Assembly (NCBI GenBank): GCA_041496745.1
Contig: JBGQFF010000003.1
Location: 1 to 56,812, forward strand
DNA length: 56,812 nt
From: Gammaproteobacteria bacterium
GTDB lineage: Bacteria; Pseudomonadota; Gammaproteobacteria; Burkholderiales; SG8-39
Reading direction: 5' to 3'
This document shows, in pieces, positions 18,879 through 28,786 of the stretch; positions within the stretch are counted from its first letter, which is position 1, and every line of letters starts with the position of its first letter. The translations under genes were made by a program, and so were the position numbers. A model generated the notes under the pieces. It searched no databases, was not told where the DNA came from, and saw only the letters and a list, made by a program, of their open reading frames with translations.

Positions 18879-20705
18879 TTGGACCTGAAGGCGCTCGGCG
18901 CGGGCTGGGCGCGGCGCATCGCGCAGTGGCTCGGCGCGCTGCGCGTCGTGACCCTGCTGCCGCTGCGCCGCCAGCTCGCGGTGCTGGGCTCGGTGCTGGC
19001 GGCGCTGCTCGCCGCCGCGCTGTGGCTCGCCTGGTCGGAATACCGCGAAACCCATTTCGGCGAAGGCCACCTCGCGGCGGCGGGGGAGATGCGCACCCTG
19101 TCGCAGCGCCTGGCGAAGAGCGCGCTGCGCAGCCTGCGCGGCGACCCGGAGGCTTTTCCGCAGGTGCAGGCGAGCCGCGACGGCTTCGCCTCGGCGCTCT
19201 CGCGCCTGTCGAAGGACGGCCGCTCGCCGGCCGCGGTGCGCTCGCTCGCCGCAGAGTGGGAGCGCACGGAGAGGAACGCGACCACGCTGCTGCGCGACCA
19301 GAGGCTGCTGACGGCGCTCGCCGCCGCGGCCGCGGGCATGGAGCGCGCCAACCCGCTGCTGCTCGAGCGCGCCGAGCGCGTGCAGAACCTGAAGCTGCAG
19401 CGCGGCGCGAGCAGCGCCGAGGTTGCCGCCGCGAGCCGGCTGGTGATGCTCACACAGCGCATGGCGCGCGGCGCGCAGCAGCTGCTCGCCGCCGACGCCG
19501 TGGACCCGGAAGTGGAGTTTGTGCTGGGCAAGGACGTGAATGAATTCCGCGGCACGCTCGCGCAGCTGCGCGAAGGCGCGCGCGAGGCCGAGCTCGCCGC
19601 GGCGCTCGGCGAGCTCGCGGAGAGCTTCGGCCTGTACCAGGACGCGGTGGTCGCCGTGCTCGGCACGCGCGCGCGCCTCGCCGGCGCGAAGGACGCGGCC
19701 TCCGCCATCCACGCGGATTCGGAGCGGCTGCTGGAGGCGGTGGACCGCGTGGTCGCGGCCTACCGCGCGGCGCCCGCGCCGCGCGCCCACGAGTTCGGCT
19801 TGGCGGCGACTGCACTGGCGCTGCTCGGCGTGCTGTTGCTGCTCGCGCTGTTCTACGTGCACGACGAGCGCCGCCAGCGCGAGGGCATCGCGCGCCGCCA
19901 CGTGGTGATGCGCCGCAGCCACGAGCGCGACCTCGAGGCCGTGGAGCTGCTGCGCCGCGAGCTGGAAGGTCTCGCCACGGGCGACCTCACCGCGCGGGTC
20001 ACGGTGAACAGCGAGATCACCTACCCGGTGGCGGCCACGCTCAACGAGGCGCTGGAGGCGCTGCGCCAGCTGGTGGCGCGCGTGGCGGCGGCCGCGGAGC
20101 GCGTCGGCGGCGCCGCGGGCGGCGCGCAGGCGGCGGCCGACGGCCTGTTCCAGGCCGCCCAGCGCCAGTCCGAGCGCATCCGGGGCGCGAGCGCCAGCGC
20201 GCTTGGCATGGCGCGCATGGTGAACGAGCTCTCGACGCGCGCCAAGCAGTCCGCCGAACTGTCGCGCGCCGCGCGCGCCGCGGCGCTGCAGGGCCACCAG
20301 GCGGTGCAGGCGGCGCTCTCCGTGATGCGCGACCTGGGCGCGCGCATCCGCGTCGGCGCGGCGCACATCGACCGGCTGCGCGGCGCTTCGCCGGAGCTCG
20401 GCCGCACCGCGAACGCGCTCAACCAGATCGCCGCGCAAGCCGAGGCGCTGAGCGGCAGCGCTTCCGGCCAGACGCTCGGCGAGCTGGGCGAGCTGCTGCG
20501 CAAGCTGGCGGAGAAGATCGAGGAAGTGTCCAAGGCCACGCAGTCGCACGCCGGCGCCGCGAGCAGCGTCGCGGGCGGCGTGCGCGAGATGCTCTCCGGC
20601 GCGGAGCAGGCGGCGGAGGCGGCGACGCGCGCCGCCGGCTCGGTGGAGGAACTGGCGGAGCTGCTGCGCGGGCTGCAGGAGGCGCTGGGGAAGCTGCGCA
20701 CCTGA
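18879..20705 (+). CDS. pilJ: PilJ-like methyl-accepting chemotaxis protein lacking the signalling hairpin tip (start uncertain)
   Basis: TM1, two PilJ-type periplasmic segments (LSQRLAK; LVMLTQRMA..DPEV.F.LGKD), TM2, HAMP (LATGDLTARVTV..EIT), helical cytoplasmic domain without the [21 protein letters not shown]-type motif. Confidence 0.75.
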   Translation: MDLKALGAGWARRIAQWLGALRVVTLLPLRRQLAVLGSVLAALLAAALWLAWSEYRETHFGEGHLAAAGEMRTLSQRLAKSALRSLRGDPEAFPQVQASRDGFASALSRLSKDGRSPAAVRSLAAEWERTERNATTLLRDQRLLTALAAAAAGMERANPLLLERAERVQNLKLQRGASSAEVAAASRLVMLTQRMARGAQQLLAADAVDPEVEFVLGKDVNEFRGTLAQLREGAREAELAAALGELAESFGLYQDAVVAVLGTRARLAGAKDAASAIHADSERLLEAVDRVVAAYRAAPAPRAHEFGLAATALALLGVLLLLALFYVHDERRQREGIARRHVVMRRSHERDLEAVELLRRELEGLATGDLTARVTVNSEITYPVAATLNEALEALRQLVARVAAAAERVGGAAGGAQAAADGLFQAAQRQSERIRGASASALGMARMVNELSTRAKQSAELSRAARAAALQGHQAVQAALSVMRDLGARIRVGAAHIDRLRGASPELGRTANALNQIAAQAEALSGSASGQTLGELGELLRKLAEKIEEVSKATQSHAGAASSVAGGVREMLSGAEQAAEAATRAAGSVEELAELLRGLQEALGKLRT

Positions 20706-20755
20706 GGCGCCGTCGCGGCGCAGTCCAGGGCCATGGGTTAAGATAGCGCTTGAGC

Positions 20756-21316
20756 GTGTCCTCGATCAATCTGACGCATCACTTCCTGATCGCCATGCCC
20801 AGCATGGCCGATCCGTACTTTGCGAAGTCCCTCGCCTACGTCTGCGAGCACAACGACCAGGGCGCGCTCGGCGTGGTGATCAACCGCCCGATCGACATGA
20901 CCCTGCAGGCGCTGTTCGAACGCCTGTCGCTCACCCTGAAGCACAAGGACCTGTCCGACGCGCCGATCTACTTCGGCGGACCGGTGCAGACCGACCGCGG
21001 CTTCGTGCTGCACGAGCCCGCGGGCAACTGGCAGTCCACGCTGCGCGTGGGCGACGCCATCGGGCTCACCACCTCGAAGGACATCCTGGAAGCGGTGGGC
21101 CGCGGCGAGGGCCCGCAGAAGCTCCTCGTGACGCTGGGCTACGCCGGCTGGTCGGCGGGCCAGCTCGAGCACGAGCTCGGGCAGAACGCCTGGCTCACGG
21201 TCGAGGCGAAGGACGCCATCATCTTCGACCTGCCCTCGGAGGAGCGCCTGCCGGCGGCGATGGAACTGCTCGGCGTGGACTACGCGCGGCTGGCGGATTC
21301 GGCGGGACATGCCTGA
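20756..21316 (+). CDS. yqgE: YqgE/AlgH family protein (TTG 20750 is an alternative start)
   Basis: [43 protein letters not shown]. Confidence 0.92.
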   Translation: MSSINLTHHFLIAMPSMADPYFAKSLAYVCEHNDQGALGVVINRPIDMTLQALFERLSLTLKHKDLSDAPIYFGGPVQTDRGFVLHEPAGNWQSTLRVGDAIGLTTSKDILEAVGRGEGPQKLLVTLGYAGWSAGQLEHELGQNAWLTVEAKDAIIFDLPSEERLPAAMELLGVDYARLADSAGHA

Positions 21317-21704
21317 GGCCGGCCGCACCGTCCTCGCCTTCGATTTCGGTTTAAAGCGCATTGGCGTTGCAGTAGGCGAGACGGAGTTGTGCACCGCGCA
21401 CCCGCTCCCCGGCATCGCCGCCCCCGGCTTCGCCGCCATCGAGAAACTGGTGAAGGAATGGCGCCCCGGCATGCTGGTGGTGGGCCTGCCGGTGGCCGAG
21501 CAAGGCGAGCACCCGATGGCCAAGCGCGCGCAGCGATTTGCCCGCCAGCTCGAGGGGCGCTTCCGCCTGCCGGTGGCGCGCGTGGACGAGCGCTACACCT
21601 CGGTCGAGGCGGAGAACCTGCTGCGCGGCATGAAGAGGAAGGCGGTGGACTCGGTCGCCGCGCAACTGATCCTCGAACAGTACTTTCATGGCCAATCTGC
21701 CTGA
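21309..21704 (+). CDS. yqgF: YqgF/RuvX family nuclease (pre-16S rRNA nuclease)
   Basis: [35 protein letters not shown]. Confidence 0.92.
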   Translation: MPEAGRTVLAFDFGLKRIGVAVGETELCTAHPLPGIAAPGFAAIEKLVKEWRPGMLVVGLPVAEQGEHPMAKRAQRFARQLEGRFRLPVARVDERYTSVEAENLLRGMKRKAVDSVAAQLILEQYFHGQSA

Positions 21705-22188
21705 CGCGGAGAAGCTCTGCCAGCAGCTCGCGCGCGAGCTGAAGGCGCAGGTGAAGGCGTCCACTGCGATGGTCGGCATCCACGCCGGCGGCGCCTGGGT
21801 GGCCGAGCGGCTGCATGCCGCGCTCGGCATGCAGGAGCCCCTCGGCCTGCTGGACATCGCGTTTTACCGCGACGACTACGCCAAGCAGGGCCTCGCCAAG
21901 GATCCCAAGCGCTCGAAGATCCCGTTCGAGGTGGAGGGGCGCGATCTGCTGCTGGTGGACGACGTGCTCCATACCGGGCGCACGGTGCGCGCGGCAATGA
22001 ACGAGCTGTTCGACTACGGCCGCCCGGCCTCGATCACGCTGGTGGTGCTGGCCGAGCGCGGCGGCCGGCAGCTGCCGATCTGCGCGCAGTTCGCGGGCGC
22101 CAGGGTGGAGGTGCCCGCGGGCATGCGCCTGCGGCTGAAGCGCGACGACCAGGGCAAACTCTCGCTGGAGCTCGAGCGTGGCGCCTAA
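21688..22188 (+). CDS. pyrR: PyrR, pyrimidine regulator/uracil phosphoribosyltransferase
   Basis: [30 protein letters not shown]. Confidence 0.92.
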   Translation: MANLPDAEKLCQQLARELKAQVKASTAMVGIHAGGAWVAERLHAALGMQEPLGLLDIAFYRDDYAKQGLAKDPKRSKIPFEVEGRDLLLVDDVLHTGRTVRAAMNELFDYGRPASITLVVLAERGGRQLPICAQFAGARVEVPAGMRLRLKRDDQGKLSLELERGA

Positions 22189-23131
22189 CCCGCAGCTGAA
22201 TGCCAACGGCGAGCTGCAACACCTGCTGTCCACCGAGGGGCTGCCGCGCGAGATCCTGCTGAAGATCCTCGACACGGCGGAGTCCTTCGTCGGGGTCACC
22301 GAGCGCGACATCAAGAAGGTGCCGCTGTTGCGGGGAAAAAGCGTGTTCAACCTGTTCTTCGAGGGCTCGACGCGCACGCGCACCACCTTCGAGATCGCGG
22401 CCAAGCGCCTGTCGGCCGACGTCATCAACCTGAACGTCGCCGTCAGCTCGACTTCCAAGGGCGAGTCGCTGCTCGACACGGTGGCCAACCTCTCGGCGAT
22501 GCAGGCCGACATCTTCGTCGTGCGCCACGGCTCCTCCGGCGCGGCGCACCTGGTGGCGCGCCACGTCAAGCCGCACGAGCACGTGATCAACGCCGGCGAC
22601 GGGCGCCATGCGCACCCGACACAAGGGCTGCTCGACCTGTACACCATCCGCCACTACAAGAAGGAATTCGGCGGCCTCACGGTGGCGATCGTGGGCGATG
22701 TGCTGCATTCGCGCGTCGCGAGATCGCTGATTCACGGCCTCACCACGCTGGGCGCGCCGGAAGTGCGCGTCATCGGCCCGCAAACGCTGATCCCGGCCGG
22801 CGCCGCGGCGCTCGGCGTGCGCGTGTTCCACTCGATGCACGAAGGCCTCAAGGGCGCCGACGTGGTGGTGATGCTGCGGCTGCAGAACGAGCGCATGAGC
22901 GGGGCGCTGCTGCCTTCGGCGCAGGAGTTCAACAAGCACTACGGCCTCACCGCGGACAAGCTCGCGCTGGCGAAGCCCGACGCCATTGTGATGCATCCCG
23001 GGCCGATGAACCGCGGCGTGGAGATCGACTCCTCGGTGGCCGACGGCCCGCACTCGGTGATCCTGCCGCAGGTCACTTTCGGCATCTCGGTGAGGATGGC
23101 GGTCATGTCCATGATCGTGGGCGGCGGATGA
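22178..23131 (+). CDS. pyrB: Aspartate carbamoyltransferase catalytic subunit
   Basis: [32 protein letters not shown]. Confidence 0.96.
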   Translation: MAPNPQLNANGELQHLLSTEGLPREILLKILDTAESFVGVTERDIKKVPLLRGKSVFNLFFEGSTRTRTTFEIAAKRLSADVINLNVAVSSTSKGESLLDTVANLSAMQADIFVVRHGSSGAAHLVARHVKPHEHVINAGDGRHAHPTQGLLDLYTIRHYKKEFGGLTVAIVGDVLHSRVARSLIHGLTTLGAPEVRVIGPQTLIPAGAAALGVRVFHSMHEGLKGADVVVMLRLQNERMSGALLPSAQEFNKHYGLTADKLALAKPDAIVMHPGPMNRGVEIDSSVADGPHSVILPQVTFGISVRMAVMSMIVGGG

Positions 23132-24387
23132 AGCTCCTCATCAGGAACGGACGGGTGGTGGACCCGAAGAGTGGGCGCGACGCCGTGGGCGACATGTTCC
23201 TCGCCGAGGGCAAGATCGCATCGGCCGCGGGAACGCCGGATCGCACCATCGACGCGAAGGGCCTGGTGGTCGCGCCGGGCTTCATCGACTTGTCGGCGCG
23301 GCTGCGCGAGCCGGGCTACGAGTACAAGGCGACGCTGGAATCGGAGATGGACGCCGCGGTGGCGGGCGGCGTGACGAGCCTCGCCTGCCCGCCGGACACC
23401 GATCCGCCGCTCGACGAGCCGGGCCTGGTGGACATGCTCAGGCGCCGCGCCAAGGCCTTGTCGCGGGCGCGCGTCTACCCGGTGGGCGCGCTCACCGTGA
23501 AACTCGCGGGCAAGCAGTTGACGGAGATGGCAGAGCTCGCGGAATCCGGCTGTGTCGCTTTCTCGCAGGCCAACGTGCCGGTGGCCGATACGCAGGTGCT
23601 GTGGCGCGCGCTGCAGTACGCGGCGACGTTCGGCTTCCCGGTGTGGCTGCGCGCCGAGGACGCCTGGCTCGCCAAGGGGGGCGTGGCGCACGACGGCGAA
23701 GTGGCGACGCGCCTGGGCCTCGCCGGGATCCCGGCGTTTGCCGAGACCATCGCGCTGGCGCAGTTGTTCGAGCTGGTGCGCGCCACGGGAGCGCGCGTGC
23801 ACGTCTGCCGCATCTCGAGCGCCGCCGGCGTCGCCATGCTGCGCCGCGCGCGCCACGAAGGACTGCCGCTGACCTGCGACGTCGGTATCCACCATGTGCA
23901 CCTCTCCGACATGGACCTGGGCTTCTTCGACTCGAGCTGCCGCCTCGAGCCGCCGCTCAGGAGCCAGCGCGACCGCGAGGCGCTCGCCGCGGCGCTCGCC
24001 GACGGCACCATCGACTGCGCGGTATCCGACCACACGCCGGTGGACGAGGACCAGAAGCTGCTGCCGTTTGCGGAAGCCGAGCCCGGCGCCACGGGTCTGG
24101 AACTTTTGCTGCCGCTCGCGCTCAAGTGGGGCATGGAGAGGAAACTCACGCTCGCGCAGACGCTCGCGCGCATCACGAGCGAGCCCGCGCGCATCCTCGG
24201 CGTGGCCTCGGGCCGCATCGAGCCCGGCGCGCCCGCCGATCTCGCGATCTTCGACCCGCAGGCGCTCTGGCGCGTGACGCCCCAGGTGTTGAAGAGCCAG
24301 GGCAAGAATTCGCCGTTCCTCGGCATGGAGCTCGCCGGGCGCGTGCGCGCCACCATCGTCGCCGGCAACGTGGTGTACGAGGCATGA
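23128..24387 (+). CDS. pyrC: Dihydroorotase-like protein (PyrC'/PyrX type, probably non-catalytic ATCase partner)
   Basis: [14 protein letters not shown] (HxH metal motif replaced by SAR), [13 protein letters not shown]. Confidence 0.88.
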   Translation: MKLLIRNGRVVDPKSGRDAVGDMFLAEGKIASAAGTPDRTIDAKGLVVAPGFIDLSARLREPGYEYKATLESEMDAAVAGGVTSLACPPDTDPPLDEPGLVDMLRRRAKALSRARVYPVGALTVKLAGKQLTEMAELAESGCVAFSQANVPVADTQVLWRALQYAATFGFPVWLRAEDAWLAKGGVAHDGEVATRLGLAGIPAFAETIALAQLFELVRATGARVHVCRISSAAGVAMLRRARHEGLPLTCDVGIHHVHLSDMDLGFFDSSCRLEPPLRSQRDREALAAALADGTIDCAVSDHTPVDEDQKLLPFAEAEPGATGLELLLPLALKWGMERKLTLAQTLARITSEPARILGVASGRIEPGAPADLAIFDPQALWRVTPQVLKSQGKNSPFLGMELAGRVRATIVAGNVVYEA

Positions 24388-24929
24388 GGCGCATCGCGCT
24401 GCTGCTGGCCATCGTCGCGGTCGCGGGCTGCAGCTCCACGCCCGAGAAGCGTCCCGGCGGCTATTACAAGGACGACGGGCCGCCCGACAAGGACGTCAAT
24501 GTCGCGGCGATCGCGGACGCGGTGCCGCGGCTCGAGCCGCTGCACCGCTACGCCAACCGGCCCTACGAGGCGATGGGCAGGAAGTACGTGCCGCTCACGC
24601 GCGTCGGCATCTACAAGCAGCGCGGCACGGCGAGCTGGTACGGCAAGCGCTTCCACGGCACCCCGACCTCCAGCGGCGAGAAGTACGACATGTACAAGAT
24701 GAGCGCCGCGCACCCGATCCTGCCGATCCCGAGCTACGCGCGCGTCACCAACCTCGCCAACGGCCGCAGCGTGGTGGTGCGCATCAACGACCGCGGGCCA
24801 TTCCATTCCGGCCGCGCCATCGACCTGTCCTACGCCGCCGCCACCAGGCTCGGCTACATCGCGCTGGGCAGCGCGCAGGTCGAGATCGAGCAGGTCGTGC
24901 CGGGCGGCGCGCCGCTCGCGCTGCAGTAG
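24384..24929 (+). CDS. rlpA: RlpA family lytic transglycosylase lipoprotein (no SPOR domain)
   Basis: Lipobox VAGC, GTASWYG, AAHPILPIPSY, VRINDRGPF, IDLSYAAA. Confidence 0.9.
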   Translation: MRRIALLLAIVAVAGCSSTPEKRPGGYYKDDGPPDKDVNVAAIADAVPRLEPLHRYANRPYEAMGRKYVPLTRVGIYKQRGTASWYGKRFHGTPTSSGEKYDMYKMSAAHPILPIPSYARVTNLANGRSVVVRINDRGPFHSGRAIDLSYAAATRLGYIALGSAQVEIEQVVPGGAPLALQ

Positions 24930-24938
24930 TTTTCCCCG

Positions 24939-26060
24939 ATGCGCCGCCGCCTGTTCCCGGTCGTGCTGCTATTGGCCGGCGCCGCCGCGCAGGCGCAGCC
25001 CGCGCCGCAACTCGCCGGCAAGGCCTGGCTGCTCGCCGACCTCACCAGCGGTCAGGTGCTCACCGAAGAGAAAGCCGACGAGCGCTTCGCCCCGGCTTCG
25101 CTCACCAAGCTGATGAGCGCCTATGTGGTGTTCGGCGCGCTGCGCGACAGGCAGCTCTCGAGCACCGGCCGGGTCGAGGTGTCGGAGCGCGCCTGGCGCG
25201 CGCCGGGCTCGCGCATGTTCATCCAGCGCGACATGCCGGTGGTGGTGGACGAACTGGTCCACGGCATGGTGGTGCAATCAGGCAACGATGCGAGCATCGC
25301 GCTGGCCGAGGCGGTGGCGGGCTCGGAGGAAAAGTTCGCGGAGCTGATGAACCGCGAGGCCGCGCGCCTGGGGATGAAGAACACGCACTTTGCGAATGCC
25401 ACCGGCTTTTCGGGCGCGCAGCACTACAGCACGGCGCGCGACCTGTATCTCCTGGCAGGGGCGCTGATCCGCGATTTTCCCGAGGAGTACGCGCGCTACT
25501 ACGCGGGCAAGGAGTATCGCTACAACAACATCACGCAGATCAACCGCAATCGCCTGTTGTGGCTCGACCCGAGCGTGGACGGGGTGAAGACCGGCTACAC
25601 GGAGGCGGCGGGCTACTGCCTGGTGGCGTCGTCGCGGCGCGGCGGGCGGCGGCTCCTTTCGGTGCTGCTCGGCGCGTCCTCCGACTCGTCGCGCGCGCAG
25701 GAATCGCAGAAGCTGCTCAACTGGGGTTACCAGTTCTTCGACGGCGTGCGCCTTTTCGCGCACGACGAAGCGGTGAAGGCGGTGGCGGTGTGGAAGGGCT
25801 CCGCGTCCGAGGTGAAGGCGGGTTTCGCCGAGGGCCTGGTGGTGACGGTGCCCAAGGGGCAGGCGCAGAAGCTCAAGGCGGAGTTGCTTACCCATCCTCC
25901 GGTGGTGGCGCCGGTGGCGCGGGGCCAACGCGTGGGGGTGCTGCGGGTACAGTTGGACGGCAAACCGCTCGGCGAATACCCCGTGGAGGCGCTCGAGAGC
26001 GTGGGCGTGGCGGGGTTCTTCGGCCGCGCCTGGGATACACTGCGATTGTTGTTCAAGTAG
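24939..26060 (+). CDS. dacA: D-alanyl-D-alanine carboxypeptidase (PBP5/6 family)
   Basis: SxxK (ASLTK), SGN, KTG motifs. Confidence 0.92.
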   Translation: MRRRLFPVVLLLAGAAAQAQPAPQLAGKAWLLADLTSGQVLTEEKADERFAPASLTKLMSAYVVFGALRDRQLSSTGRVEVSERAWRAPGSRMFIQRDMPVVVDELVHGMVVQSGNDASIALAEAVAGSEEKFAELMNREAARLGMKNTHFANATGFSGAQHYSTARDLYLLAGALIRDFPEEYARYYAGKEYRYNNITQINRNRLLWLDPSVDGVKTGYTEAAGYCLVASSRRGGRRLLSVLLGASSDSSRAQESQKLLNWGYQFFDGVRLFAHDEAVKAVAVWKGSASEVKAGFAEGLVVTVPKGQAQKLKAELLTHPPVVAPVARGQRVGVLRVQLDGKPLGEYPVEALESVGVAGFFGRAWDTLRLLFK

Positions 26061-26070
26061 CGAGGTCCGC

Positions 26071-26931
26071 ATGGTTTTCCTGAACGGTAAATTCCTCCCG
26101 ATCGAGCAGGCGATGGTGCCGGTGCTGGATCGCGGGTTCATCTTCGGCGACGGGGTGTACGAGCTGATTCCGGTGTATTCGCGCACGCCTTTCCGCATGG
26201 AAGACCACCTGGCGCGTTTGGAGCGCAGCCTGGCTGCGGTGCGCATCAAGAATCCGTACACGCGCGAGAAGTGGCGCGAGATCATCCTGCAGCTGGTCGC
26301 CCAGCAGCCCTGGGAGGACCAGGGCGTGTACTTCCAGGTGACGCGCGGGGTGGCGAAGCGCGACCACGCGTTCCCGGCCGGCGCGGAGCCCACGGTGTTC
26401 GTGATGGCGAATCCCCTGGTGAATCCGCCCAAGGAGTTGGTGGACAGGGGTGGCAGCGCGCTCACGGCGGTGGACAACCGCTGGCTGCGCTGCGACATCA
26501 AGTCGATTTCGCTGATCGGCAATTGCCTGTTGCGCCAGGTGTCCGCGGATGCGGGTGCGCAGGAGACGATCCTTTTCCGCGACGGCAAGCTGACCGAGGC
26601 TTCCGCCTCCAACGTGTTCATCGTCAAGCGCGGCGTGCTGCTCTCGCCGCCGAAGTCGAACCTCATCCTTCCCGGCATCACCTACGACGTGGTGACCGAG
26701 ATCGCTCAAGCCGCGAAGATCCCGCTCGAGTTCCGCGACATCAGCGAAGCCGAAGTGCGCGGCGCGGACGAGGTGTGGGTGACTTCCTCCTCCAAGGAGA
26801 TCCTCGCCATCGTCACGCTGGACGGCAAGCCGGTGGCCGACGGCAAGCCGGGGCCGCTGTTCAAGCGCGCGTTCCAGCTGTACCAGGAGTTCAAGTCGAA
26901 GGTCATGCGCAAGGAGGCGGTCTCCGCCTGA
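26071..26931 (+). CDS. D-amino acid aminotransferase (class IV PLP enzyme)
   Basis: DRGFIFGDGVYE, RCDIKS, EASASNVF, ILPGIT. Confidence 0.9.
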   Translation: MVFLNGKFLPIEQAMVPVLDRGFIFGDGVYELIPVYSRTPFRMEDHLARLERSLAAVRIKNPYTREKWREIILQLVAQQPWEDQGVYFQVTRGVAKRDHAFPAGAEPTVFVMANPLVNPPKELVDRGGSALTAVDNRWLRCDIKSISLIGNCLLRQVSADAGAQETILFRDGKLTEASASNVFIVKRGVLLSPPKSNLILPGITYDVVTEIAQAAKIPLEFRDISEAEVRGADEVWVTSSSKEILAIVTLDGKPVADGKPGPLFKRAFQLYQEFKSKVMRKEAVSA

Positions 26932-27203
26932 TGCCGCTTGCCAACGAAGAGTCGCTGATCTCGTATCCCACCGACTTCCCCATCAAGGTGATGGGACGCA
27001 AGGAGGCAAGGTTTGCGCACAACGTGGTGGTCATCGTGCGCAAGCACGCCCCGGATTTCGACGCGGCGACCATGGAGCTGCGGCCGAGCCGGCAGGGCAA
27101 TTACCTCAGCGTCACCTGCACCATCCGCGCCACTTCGCGCGAGCAGCTGGACGCCCTGTACAGGGAGCTCTGCGACCATCCTGCGGTGGTGATGGTGCTG
27201 TGA
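26931..27203 (+). CDS. ybeD: YbeD/DUF493 family protein
   Basis: SLISYPTDFPIKVMG, SRQGNYLSVT, QLDALYREL..HP.V.MVL. Confidence 0.92.
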   Translation: MPLANEESLISYPTDFPIKVMGRKEARFAHNVVVIVRKHAPDFDAATMELRPSRQGNYLSVTCTIRATSREQLDALYRELCDHPAVVMVL

Positions 27204-27829
27204 CTGAAGTCGCTCTCGCGCCGCGCGTGCGCAGTCTCGGGCTGGTGGACTACGTGCCCACTGTTGCGAAGATGCGCGAGTTCACCCTGAGCCGCACGCC
27301 CGAGACCCCGGACGAGCTGTGGGTGCTGGAGCATCCGCCGGTGTACACGCTGGGGCAGGGGGCGGATGCGAAGTTCGGGCCCAAGGTCGCCAACGGCATT
27401 GCGGTGGTGCAGGCCGAGCGCGGCGGCGAGATCACCTATCACGGGCCGGGGCAGGCGGTGCTCTACACGCTCGTCGACCTCTCGCGGCGCGGGATGAAGG
27501 TCAGGCCTTTCGTCAGTCTCCTTGAGCAATGCGTGATCAATTTTCTTGCCGGGCACGAGGTTCATGCGGAGAGGAAAGCGGGTGCGCCCGGGGTTTACGT
27601 CGGCGGCGCGAAGATCGCGGCGCTGGGGATCCGCGTGACGCGCGGGCGCGCGTGGCACGGGCTTTCGCTCAATGTGGACATGGACCTTTCCCCGTTCAAT
27701 GCCATCGATCCCTGCGGCTATCCCGGGTTGAGCGTCGCCCAGGCGAAGCAGTTCGGCATCAAGGGCACGGCGAAGGAGGTCGGCATCCGGCTCGCGTGGC
27801 TGCTCGTGCACAGGCTGGAAGATGCGTGA
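27200..27829 (+). CDS. lipB: Octanoyltransferase
   Basis: [32 protein letters not shown]. Confidence 0.93.
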   Translation: MTEVALAPRVRSLGLVDYVPTVAKMREFTLSRTPETPDELWVLEHPPVYTLGQGADAKFGPKVANGIAVVQAERGGEITYHGPGQAVLYTLVDLSRRGMKVRPFVSLLEQCVINFLAGHEVHAERKAGAPGVYVGGAKIAALGIRVTRGRAWHGLSLNVDMDLSPFNAIDPCGYPGLSVAQAKQFGIKGTAKEVGIRLAWLLVHRLEDA

Positions 27830-28763
27830 AGCCGGGGTAAAGGAGAAGGGCCGGGCGAAGACGGCGCGGATTCCCATAAAGATCGTGCCGAAGGCGCCTT
27901 TGGCGAAGCCTGCGTGGATCCGCGTGAAGGCGGCGAGCGCAACGGGCCGCTTCACCGAGATCAAGCAGATCCTGCGCGAGCAGAACCTGCACACGGTTTG
28001 CGAAGAGGCGTCCTGCCCGAACATCGGCGAGTGCTTCGGCAAGGGCACGGCCACTTTCATGATCCTGGGCGACATCTGCACGCGGCGCTGCCCGTTCTGC
28101 GATGTGGCGCATGGGCGGCCGCTGGCGCCGGATGCGGAGGAGCCGGCGCATCTGGCGGACACCATTGCCAAGCTGAAGCTCAAGTACGTCGTCATCACCA
28201 GTGTCGATCGGGATGATTTGAAGGACGGCGGGGCGCAGCATTTCGTGGATTGCATCCGCGCGGTGCGGGAGAGGTCTCCGCAAACAATTATCGAGGTACT
28301 GGTTCCCGATTTTCGCGGGCGGATGGATCGGGCGCTGGAGATCCTTCTTTCGGCGCTGCCCGACGTGATGAACCACAACCTCGAGACGGTGCCGCGGCTG
28401 TATCGCCAGGCGCGGCCGGGCGGGGACTACATTCATTCCCTGAAGCTGCTGCAGGAATTCAAGAAGCTGGTGCCCGACGTTCCGACCAAGTCAGGCTTGA
28501 TGGTGGGGCTGGGGGAGACGGACGAAGAGATCCTCCAGGTGATGCGCGACCTGCGCGCGCATGGCGTGGACATGCTCACCATCGGGCAGTACCTCCAGCC
28601 TTCGCCCCACCATTTGGCGGTCGAGCGGTACGTGCATCCGGATACGTTCGCAATGTTCGAGCGCGAAGCGGAGGAGATGAGGTTCCGGCATGCGGCGGTG
28701 GGGGCGATGGTGAGGAGTTCGTACCACGCCGATCGCCAGGCGCATGAGGCGGGGGTGGGGTAG
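27822..28763 (+). CDS. lipA: Lipoyl synthase
   Basis: [27 protein letters not shown]. Confidence 0.96.
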   Translation: MREAGVKEKGRAKTARIPIKIVPKAPLAKPAWIRVKAASATGRFTEIKQILREQNLHTVCEEASCPNIGECFGKGTATFMILGDICTRRCPFCDVAHGRPLAPDAEEPAHLADTIAKLKLKYVVITSVDRDDLKDGGAQHFVDCIRAVRERSPQTIIEVLVPDFRGRMDRALEILLSALPDVMNHNLETVPRLYRQARPGGDYIHSLKLLQEFKKLVPDVPTKSGLMVGLGETDEEILQVMRDLRAHGVDMLTIGQYLQPSPHHLAVERYVHPDTFAMFEREAEEMRFRHAAVGAMVRSSYHADRQAHEAGVG

Positions 28764-28786
28764 GTTTCCCGAATAGGAGGTTGAGC

